From contig CAYVHS010000005.1 in the NCBI GenBank assembly GCA_964451495.1, positions 8,926 to 72,925 of the forward strand: 64,000 bases of DNA, in the 5' to 3' direction. The position numbers were made by a program, and so were the translations under genes. Origin of the DNA: an uncultured Bdellovibrionales bacterium. GTDB taxonomy: Bacteria > Patescibacteriota > Minisyncoccia > Moranbacterales > UBA1568. Each line of letters starts with the position of its first letter. Position 1 is the first letter of the stretch. The notes beneath the pieces are model-generated. The model was not told where the DNA came from. It worked only from the letters and a program-made list of their open reading frames with translations, and did not search any database. Shown in pieces: positions 1 to 9,769 of this stretch.

Positions 1-127
1 ATATTTTCTCAAGGACAAAACCTTCTGCCGCCTGATGAAGTATGTCCCGAAGGAGATAGCCGATATTTGCCTCCTCGTTATAAGCAGGGATTCCTACGGA
101 GAGTGTTTTTGAGTGAGCGGTATGCAT
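1..127 (-). CDS. Glycosyltransferase family 2, N-terminal part (runs off window)
   Basis: Manual translation from ATG at 127: MHTAHSKTLSVGIPAYNEEANIGYLLRDIL, a GT2 start motif (SVxIPAYNEE). Confidence 0.8.
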   Translation of the reverse strand, partial: MHTAHSKTLSVGIPAYNEEANIGYLLRDILHQAAEGFVLEKI

Positions 128-136
128 GACAAAAAG

Positions 137-3100
137 TTACTCAGCCTGATTAATCACATGCAAAAATTCTTTGCTACTTTTATCCCAACTAAAGTTTTCA
201 GCCCAAATGCGCGCCTCCTTACTCAGCTCTTCGCGTAAACTCCTATCACGGATAATGAGCGATATTTTTTCCGCAAATCCTTTCGTATCGCCATATTCTA
301 CGAGGTAGCCCGTATCAGCATCTTTCACCGAATCACGCAGTCCTGGGATGTCAGACGCGACTACCGGTGTACCACAAGCATTTGCCTCAATAACAACAAT
401 CCCCCAACCTTCCATAAATGATGGGTTCGCGAGCACCCAAGCGCTTTGGAGAAGTCGGAGTTTCTCCGCTTCATCCACTTTACCAAGAAAGTGGATTTTG
501 TCCGAGTTGAAGCCCAGATCACGAGCAAGGCGTTTGAGATAGTTTTCTTCATCCCCGCCTCCGGCAATCAGCAGTCTGGCGTCTGGACGTTCTTTCACGA
601 CCAAGTGGAATGCTCGGATCAACACATCGACTGATTTATATGCTTTGAGTCGACCGAGATATAGCACCGTTGGCGTTATACTCTTTTCACCACGCACCAG
701 CTCATGGAGGTGTACTCCTGGATGAACTATTTCGATGCCGGCCGATCCGATACCAAGGGCTTTCATCTCTAGCTCGCTTGAACGAGAAACCGTAATAAAC
801 TTTACGCGCTTGTAAATAATTGGCATCAGCCCCTTTTCGAGAAAGCCTGCGAGGAGCGCTAGTGGTTTGATGAGAGAATGACGAAATACCTCCTGGTGAA
901 CATGGTGCATCAGGCAGTATACCGGTTCCTTGACATACAAAGGCGCAAAAAATGGAATACCATTTTCACAATCAATAACCAAATCGTACCGCCCACGGAA
1001 ACGAACCATATAGTACAAGAAAGCCCAAACATAAACCAAATAAAATCCGCCCCGTCGTATAATATTGATACCGTCAATGGTTTCATACCGCTTCTGTAGA
1101 CCATCATTCCCACAAAAGATTGTCACCTGGTTACCATCGGCGACCCATGTCTTGGCAATCTCGTGTACATAAAGCTCCGCTCCGCCCGCGTAGAGGTGTT
1201 TCAGATCACGCCAGTTAAAAATAAGAATGCGTTTACCGGTTGTGAGTGGCGCCGTGGTGTTCGGAAAACCATTATAAAAAATCCCTATGAAATCACGAAA
1301 TCCTCGCTCAAGAAAAGGGAATTGACGTTCCAAGAAGTGCAACACCGCAAAGGAGAGAAAAATACCCAGGCTCACGAAAAAGACAACATTCACAACAGTA
1401 CCCAGAGAGTCATGATGCATCCAAACACTCCAAATAAGTGCCAGCGAACCAAATATAGATACGAGAGAAAAAAGATATCGTCGCTTGGCTAAGTGATAAA
1501 GAGCAATGACATTTCCTAGTGTAAACAAGGCAATACCAGAGGTATAGAGGAGAAGCCATGGAGTAACTGCCCTTGCTTTTTCACCCAAAAGAATTGGGGT
1601 TACATAATGTCCCAATACACCAAGGAGAGTAACGCCGATACTGACGAGTACAAAAACACTGACAAAGATAGAATCGAAGATTTTCTGTGAACTCTGACGC
1701 AAACCTTCCTTTTGACTCACCAGCGTAATCATAAATACCGTTGGGAGCGATCCGAGGAAATAAATCATTTTCCCAATCAAAGAAAGGAGCGCGTACTGAC
1801 CAGCGGTTGTCTCATCAAAAAAGTGTTTAACGAGGAGTATATCAGCACTCAAAAAAACAACAGCTGAGATACTTGTCAAAATAGCAGAAAAGAAAAACTT
1901 ACCAGGAAAAGCCACTCCAGTTCCCGCCTGTTTGGACCCCCCTATCAAAGCGGCTCGTTTTGGAACAAACACCCAGCCAATACTAGCAGAAACGAGCAGA
2001 GAAAGTGGAATAACCGCGTACATCCACTCAGACCATTGGAAGAAAAAGAAGACCACTGCCAAGCCCATCTTTGCCAGAGTTTCGGTCATATTAATCATGG
2101 CTACAGCAGCGAAGCGCAGATTTCCGAGAAGGTATCCCTGATAACTTGATGTCATCAATCCAAAGACGAGCGCTCCGGTAAAAATGAGAAATACTAGATT
2201 ATCATTGACCCGGAAAAACTTCTCCAGAAATGGGGCTGCTACCACCCAACCCATAGACAAGAATAAGACCGTAAGAATTCCATTCTGAAAAGCAAAAACG
2301 AAAAATCTATTGGCGACATGCTGCCCTTTACGAGCGCTCAAAAAAACCGTCTGATGATTGACTGTTGATCCAAAAGCTCCAAAGAAGATACCCGCAATGT
2401 ACCAAAGCGTATTTATGAGAGTCACCAATGCCAACTGAGAGAAGGAAAGGACGTAACCAAGAAAGGCATTAAAGAGAAAATTAACAAAATTTGATAGCAC
2501 AAAAACAATCATCAACACTCCTTTTCCTGAAAAGATAAAATCTATCCACAGAACGGGAAATACTTTCTGCAGCGTTTCTTTGAGAGCAAAGATTTGACTT
2601 TCTGCAAGTAGCTTTTTATTCGCCGCTACTGTTTCTTCATTCTTTTTTGGAATAGCCTTTTTCACATGAAGCCCATGGAGAGTCTTTTCCCAGTAGTGTG
2701 GATTTCTAATGAGCTGGTAGAGTCCGATGAAGGCTGCCCAACTGACGAGGAACCAATAAAACGGCACCAGGAAAACGTACTTCACCACCTGGAAATGTTC
2801 GCGCTTGGCCGTCCCAATCATGTAGTAATAGAGATAGAGGAAGTTGCCGAAAATGAGTGAAAGGGCAGCAAAGTAAAAAACCAGTGGTGGGAAAAGCGCC
2901 TCGAGAGTCGGTCCGACAATGATATAGAGTGTAAAGTACGAAAGCGTGGCCAACCAGAGAAATGGATTGATAAACATGAACCCGATCTTGCCACCGACCA
3001 CCAGCTGGAAAATAAGCGCATGCCATCCGTTCTCACGCACAAAAGTGACCGGGTGACGCATGTGCACGAGATATGTCTGCATGTAGCCCTTGATCCAGCG

Positions 3101-4819
3101 CGAGCGTTGACGAATCCAATTCTTCACATCACTGTTTGCTTCTTCGAGCGTCACCGAATCGATAATAGCCGTCCGGAATCCACGCTTGAAGATACGAGCG
3201 CCGAGATCGCAATCCTCCGTCACATTAAATGGATCCCAGCCTTCTAGCTCCAAAAGATCACGGGTGCGGAAATGATTACTCGTACCACCGAGCGGAATCG
3301 AGGTATTGATGGACTGGAGTCCAGGCAAAATGACATCAAACCAGAGCGAGTACTCGGCTGTAAAAAGCCGTGTGAGTAAATTCTGGTGGGGATTGAAATA
3401 GTTGAGCTTGGCCTGCAGACAACGAACCGAGGGATGCGAATTTTGAAATCCCAAATACGCCTTTTTCAACTGGGACGGCTCCGGGATATCTTCGGCATCA
3501 TAAATGACGACATACTCCCCGCTCGCAAAAGAGAGTCCGTAGTTACAGGCTTTCGGTTTAGTCTTGGGCATGGAGTGGGGCACCACGAGGATTCGGAAAT
3601 AGCCGGGTAGATCCATAGCTCGAGCAGCAGCAATCGTTTCAGGATCATTTTCCTCGAGCAGCAGCAGGACGTCGAGCTTGGTCTTTGGCCAGTCGAGTGC
3701 CTGCATGGCGGCTACGAAAGTAGGGAGCATATGTGCTTCCTTGTAAAGTGGGCAGAGTACAGAATAGACCGGCAGTAGTTGTTCATCGATGGCCACTAAC
3801 TCTTCGTCAGTACTCGAGAGTTCTGGCGGTGTCTTCAAACTCTTCATCACGAGAAAGAGATTGAAGAGAGCGTCGATGAAATAGATAGCCGTGAGGATAG
3901 CCACAATCAAGATGCCAGTATGAAGTGGGCTGACTATGAGTCCTATCAGAATGAAGAAAAATACTCCCCAAATGAGGTTGCGTTGCCAGGGAGCAAACGT
4001 ACGAAGAGCCGAGATGTGGTGATGGAGCGTTGTGTGTGTCACAAAGCGCTGTCTATTGTGGGCGATACCAGCCCCTACCATCGAGTCACCATGTTCCGGT
4101 TTGATAACAAATGGAGTGTGGCCTTGCCACTTGAGTCGCAGCGCACTCCACCCTATTTCAAACAGGGCGCGAAATGGGTTTAGCTTGGAGACACCAGCCT
4201 GACGTTCGGCAAACGTGATGTCTACCGAGTCGATGACGTAACCATAGTTACGAGCAGATAAGAGGAACTCCATGTCAAAAGTCCACGGTGTCGGGTGAAG
4301 AGTTACCTCACGAAGAATTTTTTTGCGGAACACCTTGAGACCAGACTGGCTGTCACAGTGGAGGTCATGGAGCAAACGAGTAAAAACGAGGGTAAATGTT
4401 TTGCTCAAAAGCCTGCGGAGCCAGTTGGTATCGTGTTCTCTGCGATTAGCCACTACAATGTCTGCTCCCTGTGCAAGACGGTCGAGCATCCCAGGGAGTG
4501 CTTCGGGCGGATACTGGAGATCGGCATCAATCATGGCCACCACGTCAAACCGCGCCAACGCAAATCCTTTGATAAGTGATTGGGCTTTGCCCCGATTTCC
4601 ATCCTTCAGATGACAAATGATGCGAAACGTATCGGCGTACTCGATCGCGAGCGAAGCAATCCGTTCCCGCGTCGCATCAGTAGAATGATCATCAATGAAA
4701 AGGAGCTCTCCTGTAAGTGAGCGCTCTCTGAACACGCGCGCGAGGCGCTTTACCAAAGACTCAACATTCCCCTCTTCGTTGAGTGTCGGGATGACAATAG
4801 AAACTTGATTTTCTGACAT
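137..4819 (-). CDS. Multidomain glycan-assembly protein: DPM1-like GT2 + membrane processive-type GT2 + Wzx/MATE-like flippase + GT4
   Basis: VSIVIPTLNEE, DDHSTD and IDADLQ (GT2); YDAED, TEDCD and RQRSRW (D,D,D,QxxRW); long multi-TM block ~aa765-1165; GGAE and EGWGIVVIEANACGTPVV (GT4). Confidence 0.85.
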   Translation of the reverse strand: MSENQVSIVIPTLNEEGNVESLVKRLARVFRERSLTGELLFIDDHSTDATRERIASLAIEYADTFRIICHLKDGNRGKAQSLIKGFALARFDVVAMIDADLQYPPEALPGMLDRLAQGADIVVANRREHDTNWLRRLLSKTFTLVFTRLLHDLHCDSQSGLKVFRKKILREVTLHPTPWTFDMEFLLSARNYGYVIDSVDITFAERQAGVSKLNPFRALFEIGWSALRLKWQGHTPFVIKPEHGDSMVGAGIAHNRQRFVTHTTLHHHISALRTFAPWQRNLIWGVFFFILIGLIVSPLHTGILIVAILTAIYFIDALFNLFLVMKSLKTPPELSSTDEELVAIDEQLLPVYSVLCPLYKEAHMLPTFVAAMQALDWPKTKLDVLLLLEENDPETIAAARAMDLPGYFRILVVPHSMPKTKPKACNYGLSFASGEYVVIYDAEDIPEPSQLKKAYLGFQNSHPSVRCLQAKLNYFNPHQNLLTRLFTAEYSLWFDVILPGLQSINTSIPLGGTSNHFRTRDLLELEGWDPFNVTEDCDLGARIFKRGFRTAIIDSVTLEEANSDVKNWIRQRSRWIKGYMQTYLVHMRHPVTFVRENGWHALIFQLVVGGKIGFMFINPFLWLATLSYFTLYIIVGPTLEALFPPLVFYFAALSLIFGNFLYLYYYMIGTAKREHFQVVKYVFLVPFYWFLVSWAAFIGLYQLIRNPHYWEKTLHGLHVKKAIPKKNEETVAANKKLLAESQIFALKETLQKVFPVLWIDFIFSGKGVLMIVFVLSNFVNFLFNAFLGYVLSFSQLALVTLINTLWYIAGIFFGAFGSTVNHQTVFLSARKGQHVANRFFVFAFQNGILTVLFLSMGWVVAAPFLEKFFRVNDNLVFLIFTGALVFGLMTSSYQGYLLGNLRFAAVAMINMTETLAKMGLAVVFFFFQWSEWMYAVIPLSLLVSASIGWVFVPKRAALIGGSKQAGTGVAFPGKFFFSAILTSISAVVFLSADILLVKHFFDETTAGQYALLSLIGKMIYFLGSLPTVFMITLVSQKEGLRQSSQKIFDSIFVSVFVLVSIGVTLLGVLGHYVTPILLGEKARAVTPWLLLYTSGIALFTLGNVIALYHLAKRRYLFSLVSIFGSLALIWSVWMHHDSLGTVVNVVFFVSLGIFLSFAVLHFLERQFPFLERGFRDFIGIFYNGFPNTTAPLTTGKRILIFNWRDLKHLYAGGAELYVHEIAKTWVADGNQVTIFCGNDGLQKRYETIDGINIIRRGGFYLVYVWAFLYYMVRFRGRYDLVIDCENGIPFFAPLYVKEPVYCLMHHVHQEVFRHSLIKPLALLAGFLEKGLMPIIYKRVKFITVSRSSELEMKALGIGSAGIEIVHPGVHLHELVRGEKSITPTVLYLGRLKAYKSVDVLIRAFHLVVKERPDARLLIAGGGDEENYLKRLARDLGFNSDKIHFLGKVDEAEKLRLLQSAWVLANPSFMEGWGIVVIEANACGTPVVASDIPGLRDSVKDADTGYLVEYGDTKGFAEKISLIIRDRSLREELSKEARIWAENFSWDKSSKEFLHVINQAE

Positions 4820-5059
4820 AACAACCAGCGTGCCATACTTATGTTAATCCACCCTCCGGAAACCAAGATGTTTCACCCGAAAGACAAGAATTTACCGTAC
4901 CGAAAAATGGCACAATTGTCAAGCATTTGTTGTCTCGACAGAAGAATAACTCTGTATAGGTCCCTTAGATACCAAACGTACCCTTGCGAAAGCATTCGTA
5001 GGGCCTTTTTGGCTCAAAATGGAAATAGGAAGTACGTACTACAAGCAGAAGTACGATGG

Positions 5060-5923
5060 CTATTTCTCCAAGAATTCCCCCAGCGCCTCTGTATAGGGAC
5101 GCAGGGCGATGCATTTGGTATTGATGAGTGCCGACGAGTGCGGACGCTTGGCTTTACGAGGAAACGTATCAGCCGAGACGGGTTTCACAATGGCCTCTCT
5201 CTCTGCGAGCCTGAACAGCTCTTGTGCGGCCCCGTACCATGTCGCAACACCTTCATTGGGTAGATGATAGATACCGTATTCTCTCCCCTCTTGCTCGAGC
5301 ACCTTGGTTGCCAATGCGAGATCTGGTGCATACGTGAAACAGCTTTTTTCATCATCGACGACGGTCACTTCTTTTTTATCCTCTGCCACTTCGAGCATCT
5401 TCTCGAAAAAGCTCTTTTTACCCAGAGCCGATGTCGCTGACTTCCCAAACAATTTCGAGAGGCGAATGACATAGTATTTCCCATCGACTGCTATCACTCG
5501 CTTTTCCCCTTCCCATTTGCTCATGCCATACCGAGACAGTGGGCGCGGCTCGGCATCTTCGGTATAACCACTCTCGCTTGCTCCATCAAACACATAGTCA
5601 GTGGAGTAGTGCACCAGTGTCGCATCCATCTCTTTGGCGAGTTGTGCGAGAAATCCTGGTACTTCGGTATTGAGCATCTTGGCTTTGGCATATTCATCCT
5701 CGCTTTCCTCGCACTGATCGACAGCATTGTACGCCACGGCATTCACGATGAGCGCCGGAGCACACTCGCGGATCTTCTTTTCAGCCGCTACGAAATCCGT
5801 CACATCGATATCCTCGAAGTCCCAACCTGTCACTTCATATTCATCGTCCTCGCTATAGACGCGCACGAGCTCCTGTCCGAGCATGCCCCGAGCTCCGAGT
5901 ATCAGCACTTTCTTTTTCTCCAT
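5060..5923 (-). CDS. rfbD: dTDP-4-dehydrorhamnose reductase
   Basis: GARGMLG, NAVAYNAVD, HYSTDYVFDG, YGMSK, RPHSSAL motifs. Confidence 0.95.
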   Translation of the reverse strand: MEKKKVLILGARGMLGQELVRVYSEDDEYEVTGWDFEDIDVTDFVAAEKKIRECAPALIVNAVAYNAVDQCEESEDEYAKAKMLNTEVPGFLAQLAKEMDATLVHYSTDYVFDGASESGYTEDAEPRPLSRYGMSKWEGEKRVIAVDGKYYVIRLSKLFGKSATSALGKKSFFEKMLEVAEDKKEVTVVDDEKSCFTYAPDLALATKVLEQEGREYGIYHLPNEGVATWYGAAQELFRLAEREAIVKPVSADTFPRKAKRPHSSALINTKCIALRPYTEALGEFLEK

Positions 5924-5988
5924 AGATATTCTCTTAGATAGTACATTCTCAATATATCAGATATGAGCAAACACAACGAGAACATGTA

Positions 5989-6026
5989 AAAAAATCAGCC
6001 CTATCGCAAAGCGACCGGGCTGAAAA
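5989..6026. terminator. Intrinsic terminator downstream of the LysM gene
   Basis: Hairpin tcagccc-tatcgcaaagcgacc-gggctga with an A-run on the left (U-tract on minus strand). Confidence 0.6.
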
Positions 6027-6057
6027 ATGATTCTCGAGAAGGAGAGGGCCTGGAATT

Positions 6058-6945
6058 TTAGTCCAGATTCACCTCGACTCTTCCCTGTTGAAAAGCGCAC
6101 AGCATATACTGACGCCACTTGGGATCAAGCACTGCAAATGCAGCGAAAAAATGTTGCAGGCTCTGGCGAGTACGTCGATACTGTGCACCGAGCGACAAAG
6201 GATTGCCATAGCCAAAGCTGATTTCTCTATCGAGGAATACGCGTCCGTCTCTCTTCATCCCCTCATTATCAACGAAAGAGAATTTGATATGCGCCGTATA
6301 GGGATGCCCAGCTGGTTCAGGCAAATGAGAATGGGTGATACTTTGTCTCGGTAGCAATGCGGGCAATACCGCTACATCACCTGGTGAACGTACATCCATG
6401 GTATTCGATACCTGGGTCTTTCTCCTCCTGGAAAAACCAAACAAAACACCGAGTGTCGAAACACAAGCCAACGAGCCCGTAGAGCCCGCCACCAATACGA
6501 GATAACCAATCATTTCTTCTTTGGCTGCGAGTTCGCGAGCCATGATATCGTAGCGCTCATTATGAGCCTTCGCACTGTCCTGCGCAGCTACGATCGCTAC
6601 TGATACCTGGCCGATACGATCAGTCACTTGGTCGATACCGATCGCTATTTCATCTTTGGCGACTGGCGGCGGTACCGATGGTGCATCGGCTATATCGAGC
6701 AACAATGGCCCAACCGGTAATAGACGGGCATCACTAATACCGTTTCTAGCAAGAATGCGCTCGCGTATCGACCGCAACGTAACCGGTTCAGCATAATACC
6801 GCTCATGAATTTTCCAGGCCGTATCTCCTGGTTTCACGGTATACACAATGGTCTCCGCCCGTACGGGCGATGACAGCAGATATGCCGCCACAATGAACAG
6901 CAGTATACCGCAAAGCAGGGTCTCGAAACGATGTACAGAGGTCAT
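6058..6945 (-). CDS. LysM-domain membrane protein (signal peptide, LysM, coiled coil, TM)
   Basis: Hydrophobic N-terminus ending in PVRA; YTVKPGDTAWKI...ILARNGISDARLLPVG (LysM); TM ~aa146-171; SD AAGGAG. Confidence 0.75.
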   Translation of the reverse strand: MTSVHRFETLLCGILLFIVAAYLLSSPVRAETIVYTVKPGDTAWKIHERYYAEPVTLRSIRERILARNGISDARLLPVGPLLLDIADAPSVPPPVAKDEIAIGIDQVTDRIGQVSVAIVAAQDSAKAHNERYDIMARELAAKEEMIGYLVLVAGSTGSLACVSTLGVLFGFSRRRKTQVSNTMDVRSPGDVAVLPALLPRQSITHSHLPEPAGHPYTAHIKFSFVDNEGMKRDGRVFLDREISFGYGNPLSLGAQYRRTRQSLQHFFAAFAVLDPKWRQYMLCAFQQGRVEVNLD

Positions 6946-7161
6946 GATACTCTCCTTCTAGAGATAGATGTTTTAACGAACAAAAGATGTGTCTTTTCAG
7001 ACTCCCGAGAATACACTATTTTCTCAAGACTAGCAAGCCCCCCTCTTAGATAATTTCTGGATGAATCGATTCCAGAGCGGATGAGTCGCCCCTGCATATA
7101 CACATCGGGTGTGGTTGCTGCCCCAAAAGAAGTTTGGAGAATAGAAAGCGAGGTATATGAA

Positions 7162-7218
7162 GAGCTCCTGTCCGAGCATCCCCTTTGCCCTAAGAATCAA
7201 TACTTTTCTCTTGTCTAT
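7162..7218 (-). pseudogene. Degenerate duplicate of the first 19 codons of rfbD
   Basis: Translates IDKRKVLILRAKGMLGQEL versus RfbD MEKKKVLILGARGMLGQEL; 18 bp identical (7162-7179 = 5867-5884); start ATG changed to ATA. Confidence 0.8.
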
Positions 7219-7291
7219 ACTAACGAAATCTCATAGCTAGTATCCGCTTTGTACGGTATAGCAAAACCGCCCCATCCTGACACTTTCAATA

Positions 7292-7329
7292 TGCACACTA
7301 TAATATCCGGTCGGATATTATAGTGTGCA
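7292..7329. repeat. 38-bp palindrome A, downstream of the PaaX/Cas2-like gene
   Basis: TGCACACTATAATATCCG-GT-CGGATATTATAGTGTGCA, perfect 18-bp arms. Confidence 0.95.
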
Positions 7330-7339
7330 ACAAAAAAAA

Positions 7340-7963
7340 TCACTTGATTCCAAACTTTTTCTTTAAGACCTCATCTCCATCGAGATGTTCAGTCACGATA
7401 TAGAGCATTTCCTTTCCAATCTTATACTGCGCCTTAAGAAGTTCTACTACTTTGTCACATTCATACGGATACACCCACACACTATCTTGCAGTCTGAGGA
7501 ATCCAAAAGAAAGCATATCACCCCTTGCGCGGTCGCGAGCGAATCTGCGCTTTTCTTCGATGTCAAAAATAAGCAATCGCCATTTACCATCCCATCGCCA
7601 CTTCTTCAGACGCTTCTCTTTCAATTGATAACGGAGAAGTTCTCGCTGACCCTTCTCGGTAAGCCGGACAACTTCCTCATCATTCTGCTCAAAGACATAT
7701 ACTAATCCCTGACGATGCAGCTTTTGTATTGTCTTGCTAACATAGGCTGGCGTTCTATATCGCCTATCGTTCTTCTTGAAGACACGAAGTATCTGCACCA
7801 CATTGGGAGCTGCTACTGCCAAAGCTATTAGCCCAGCCGCGCCCACAATCCCAAGTATCGCCATACTCACAGCGCCACGATCCAATCGTACTGATTTCTT
7901 TTTTGGCTTTCGCTCAGATGCCTCTTGTTTTTGAGTTTTTTTCTTCTGAACTTCCTCACTCAT
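7340..7963 (-). CDS. PaaX-family protein with wHTH-like region and Cas2-like ferredoxin-fold domain
   Basis: VRLTEKG (wing) then WDGKWRLLIFDIEEKRR...FGFLRLQDSVWVYP, matching the PaaX central/Cas2 pattern (FDI...Q.SV). Confidence 0.8.
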   Translation of the reverse strand: MSEEVQKKKTQKQEASERKPKKKSVRLDRGAVSMAILGIVGAAGLIALAVAAPNVVQILRVFKKNDRRYRTPAYVSKTIQKLHRQGLVYVFEQNDEEVVRLTEKGQRELLRYQLKEKRLKKWRWDGKWRLLIFDIEEKRRFARDRARGDMLSFGFLRLQDSVWVYPYECDKVVELLKAQYKIGKEMLYIVTEHLDGDEVLKKKFGIK

Positions 7964-7996
7964 ACTGTTTTTTTTGTTTTCTATCTAATTTTTACA

Positions 7997-8034
7997 TGCG
8001 CATTATAACATACGGTCGTATCTTATAATGCGCA
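7997..8034. repeat. 38-bp palindrome B, upstream of the PaaX/Cas2-like gene, overlapping a -10 box
   Basis: TGCGCATTATAACATACG-GT-CGTATCTTATAATGCGCA, 17 of 18 pairs; homologous to palindrome A; TATAAT on minus strand at 8002-8007. Confidence 0.9.
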
Positions 8035-8080
8035 ATTCATGGATATAAAAACTAGCCATGACGCTAGAATTTTATGATTA

Positions 8081-8744
8081 TCATTTTTTCTGTTTCTCTA
8101 ATTTCAAAAAATCACCCTCGCTGATGACTTCAATTTCTCCATCGATTATCTTGAGAGCCGATGAATCATCCAGCGCATATACTGCGTGAGGAAACTTCTC
8201 GGCAAGCGATCGAATAAGTGGTGTCCTAAGATGAGCGAAATAATCAGAGTTGAGGTGCGGAAGAATAGAGAAATCAAAAATACCGAGACCTTTCTCATTC
8301 CCTTCAAATACTTCTTCAGGAATAAGGTCCTTCATCGAGTCCTGAGAAAGCAGCTTCCCGACAACCATGCTCCCGGCACTGATACCCATAAACTCGCGTC
8401 TTGAGAAGTTCCGGCAATACACTCATGACACCACTCTCCCGCATCGTCTTAGCTAAATATTGTTCATCACCACCGCCGAAACAAAGAAGCTCTGCGGTTT
8501 CAAATCGTTTAAACCAATTCTCATTCGGCACCGCAGCAATATCGACAATATCAACCGACTTAAAACCACGATCCAGAAAATCATTCAAGTTATCTACAAG
8601 CCAGCCTTTGTCGCCAGCAATACAACTAGCCGCAGTCGGAACAAAAGCAACCGATATTTCATTTGTTGGTTTTCCAATCAATGCCAACAGCGCTTTTTCA
8701 ATAGACGCATTTCGTACGCCAGCTGAAGTGAGAAGAAATTTCAT
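8081..8744 (-). pseudogene. Peptidase E (S51 family), frameshifted near 8388
   Basis: Frame 1 MKFLLTSAG...FVPTAA...CFGGGD...LLKTRVY; frame 2 MGISAGSMV...ILPHLNS...YALDD; the break lies just before the nucleophile motif GxSAG. Confidence 0.8.
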
Positions 8745-8755
8745 AAAAAGAATAA

Positions 8756-9760
8756 TTATCGTTTCTCGTACTGTTTCTCGTAATATTTCTGGTACGCGCC
8801 AGACTTCACGTTTTTCCACCACGTCTCATTTTTCTGGTACCACGCCACGGTCTGAGCCAGCCCCTCTAACAAAGAAACTGATGGCTGCCAACCGAGCTCG
8901 TTTTTGATCTTGGAATAGTCGATAGCATAACGACGGTCATGTCCCGCACGATCTTTCACATACTCGATAGCGCTTTCATCCTTGCCGAGGAGCACGAGGA
9001 GTTGCTTGACGATCCAAATATTCTCTCGTTCGCCGTCTCCTCCGACACAGTAGGTCTCGCCGATCCTGCCCCGATGGATGATTGCATCGATAGCACTACA
9101 GTGATCCTTCACATGGAGCCAATCACGCACCTGAGCACCATCGCCATAGACCGGTACCGATTTGCCCTCAAGGATATTGGTGATAGCGAGCGGGATGAGC
9201 TTTTCCGGAAAATGATAAGGCCCGTAGTTATTGGAGCAATTGGAAAGAGTGACAGGGAGTCCGTAGGTATGGAAATACGCCCGTACCAAATGATCCGAGC
9301 TCGCCTTGGATGCGCTGTACGGGCTCCGCGGGTCATACGGAGTATGCTCGTCAAACGGAGCATCATCCGGTGCCAATGCACCAAACACTTCGTCCGTCGA
9401 TACATGATGGAAACGCCGACCATACTTGCGAGCTGCTTCGAGGAGCACATGTGTCCCACGGACATTGGTCTCGAGGAAAATGCCTGGGTCCATGATAGAG
9501 CGATCCACATGAGACTCGGCCGCAAAATGCACCACAATATCGCACTCATCTACGAGTGGCTCGACTACTCCTATATCAGTAATACTCCCCCGGACGAAAC
9601 GATACCGAGGATCATCTTGCCACTGTGCCAGATTTTCCAAATTTCCCGCATACGTCAAAGCATCCAGATTGACTACCTCATACCCTGGATATGCCTTCAA
9701 GATGTGACGGATGAAATTGGATCCGATAAACCCCGCTCCGCCCGTGACTAAGAGTTTCAT
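8756..9760 (-). CDS. rfbB: dTDP-glucose 4,6-dehydratase
   Basis: TGGAGFIG, LTYAGN, AAESHVDRSI, STDEV, YSASKA, GHDRRYA. Confidence 0.97.
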   Translation of the reverse strand: MKLLVTGGAGFIGSNFIRHILKAYPGYEVVNLDALTYAGNLENLAQWQDDPRYRFVRGSITDIGVVEPLVDECDIVVHFAAESHVDRSIMDPGIFLETNVRGTHVLLEAARKYGRRFHHVSTDEVFGALAPDDAPFDEHTPYDPRSPYSASKASSDHLVRAYFHTYGLPVTLSNCSNNYGPYHFPEKLIPLAITNILEGKSVPVYGDGAQVRDWLHVKDHCSAIDAIIHRGRIGETYCVGGDGERENIWIVKQLLVLLGKDESAIEYVKDRAGHDRRYAIDYSKIKNELGWQPSVSLLEGLAQTVAWYQKNETWWKNVKSGAYQKYYEKQYEKR

Positions 9761-9769
9761 AGAAAGTAT

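Noticed and set aside
7340-7963. CRISPR-Cas locus suggested by the Cas2-like domain
   Set aside because: No cas1 or effector genes and no repeat-spacer array; only two palindromes separated by a whole gene.
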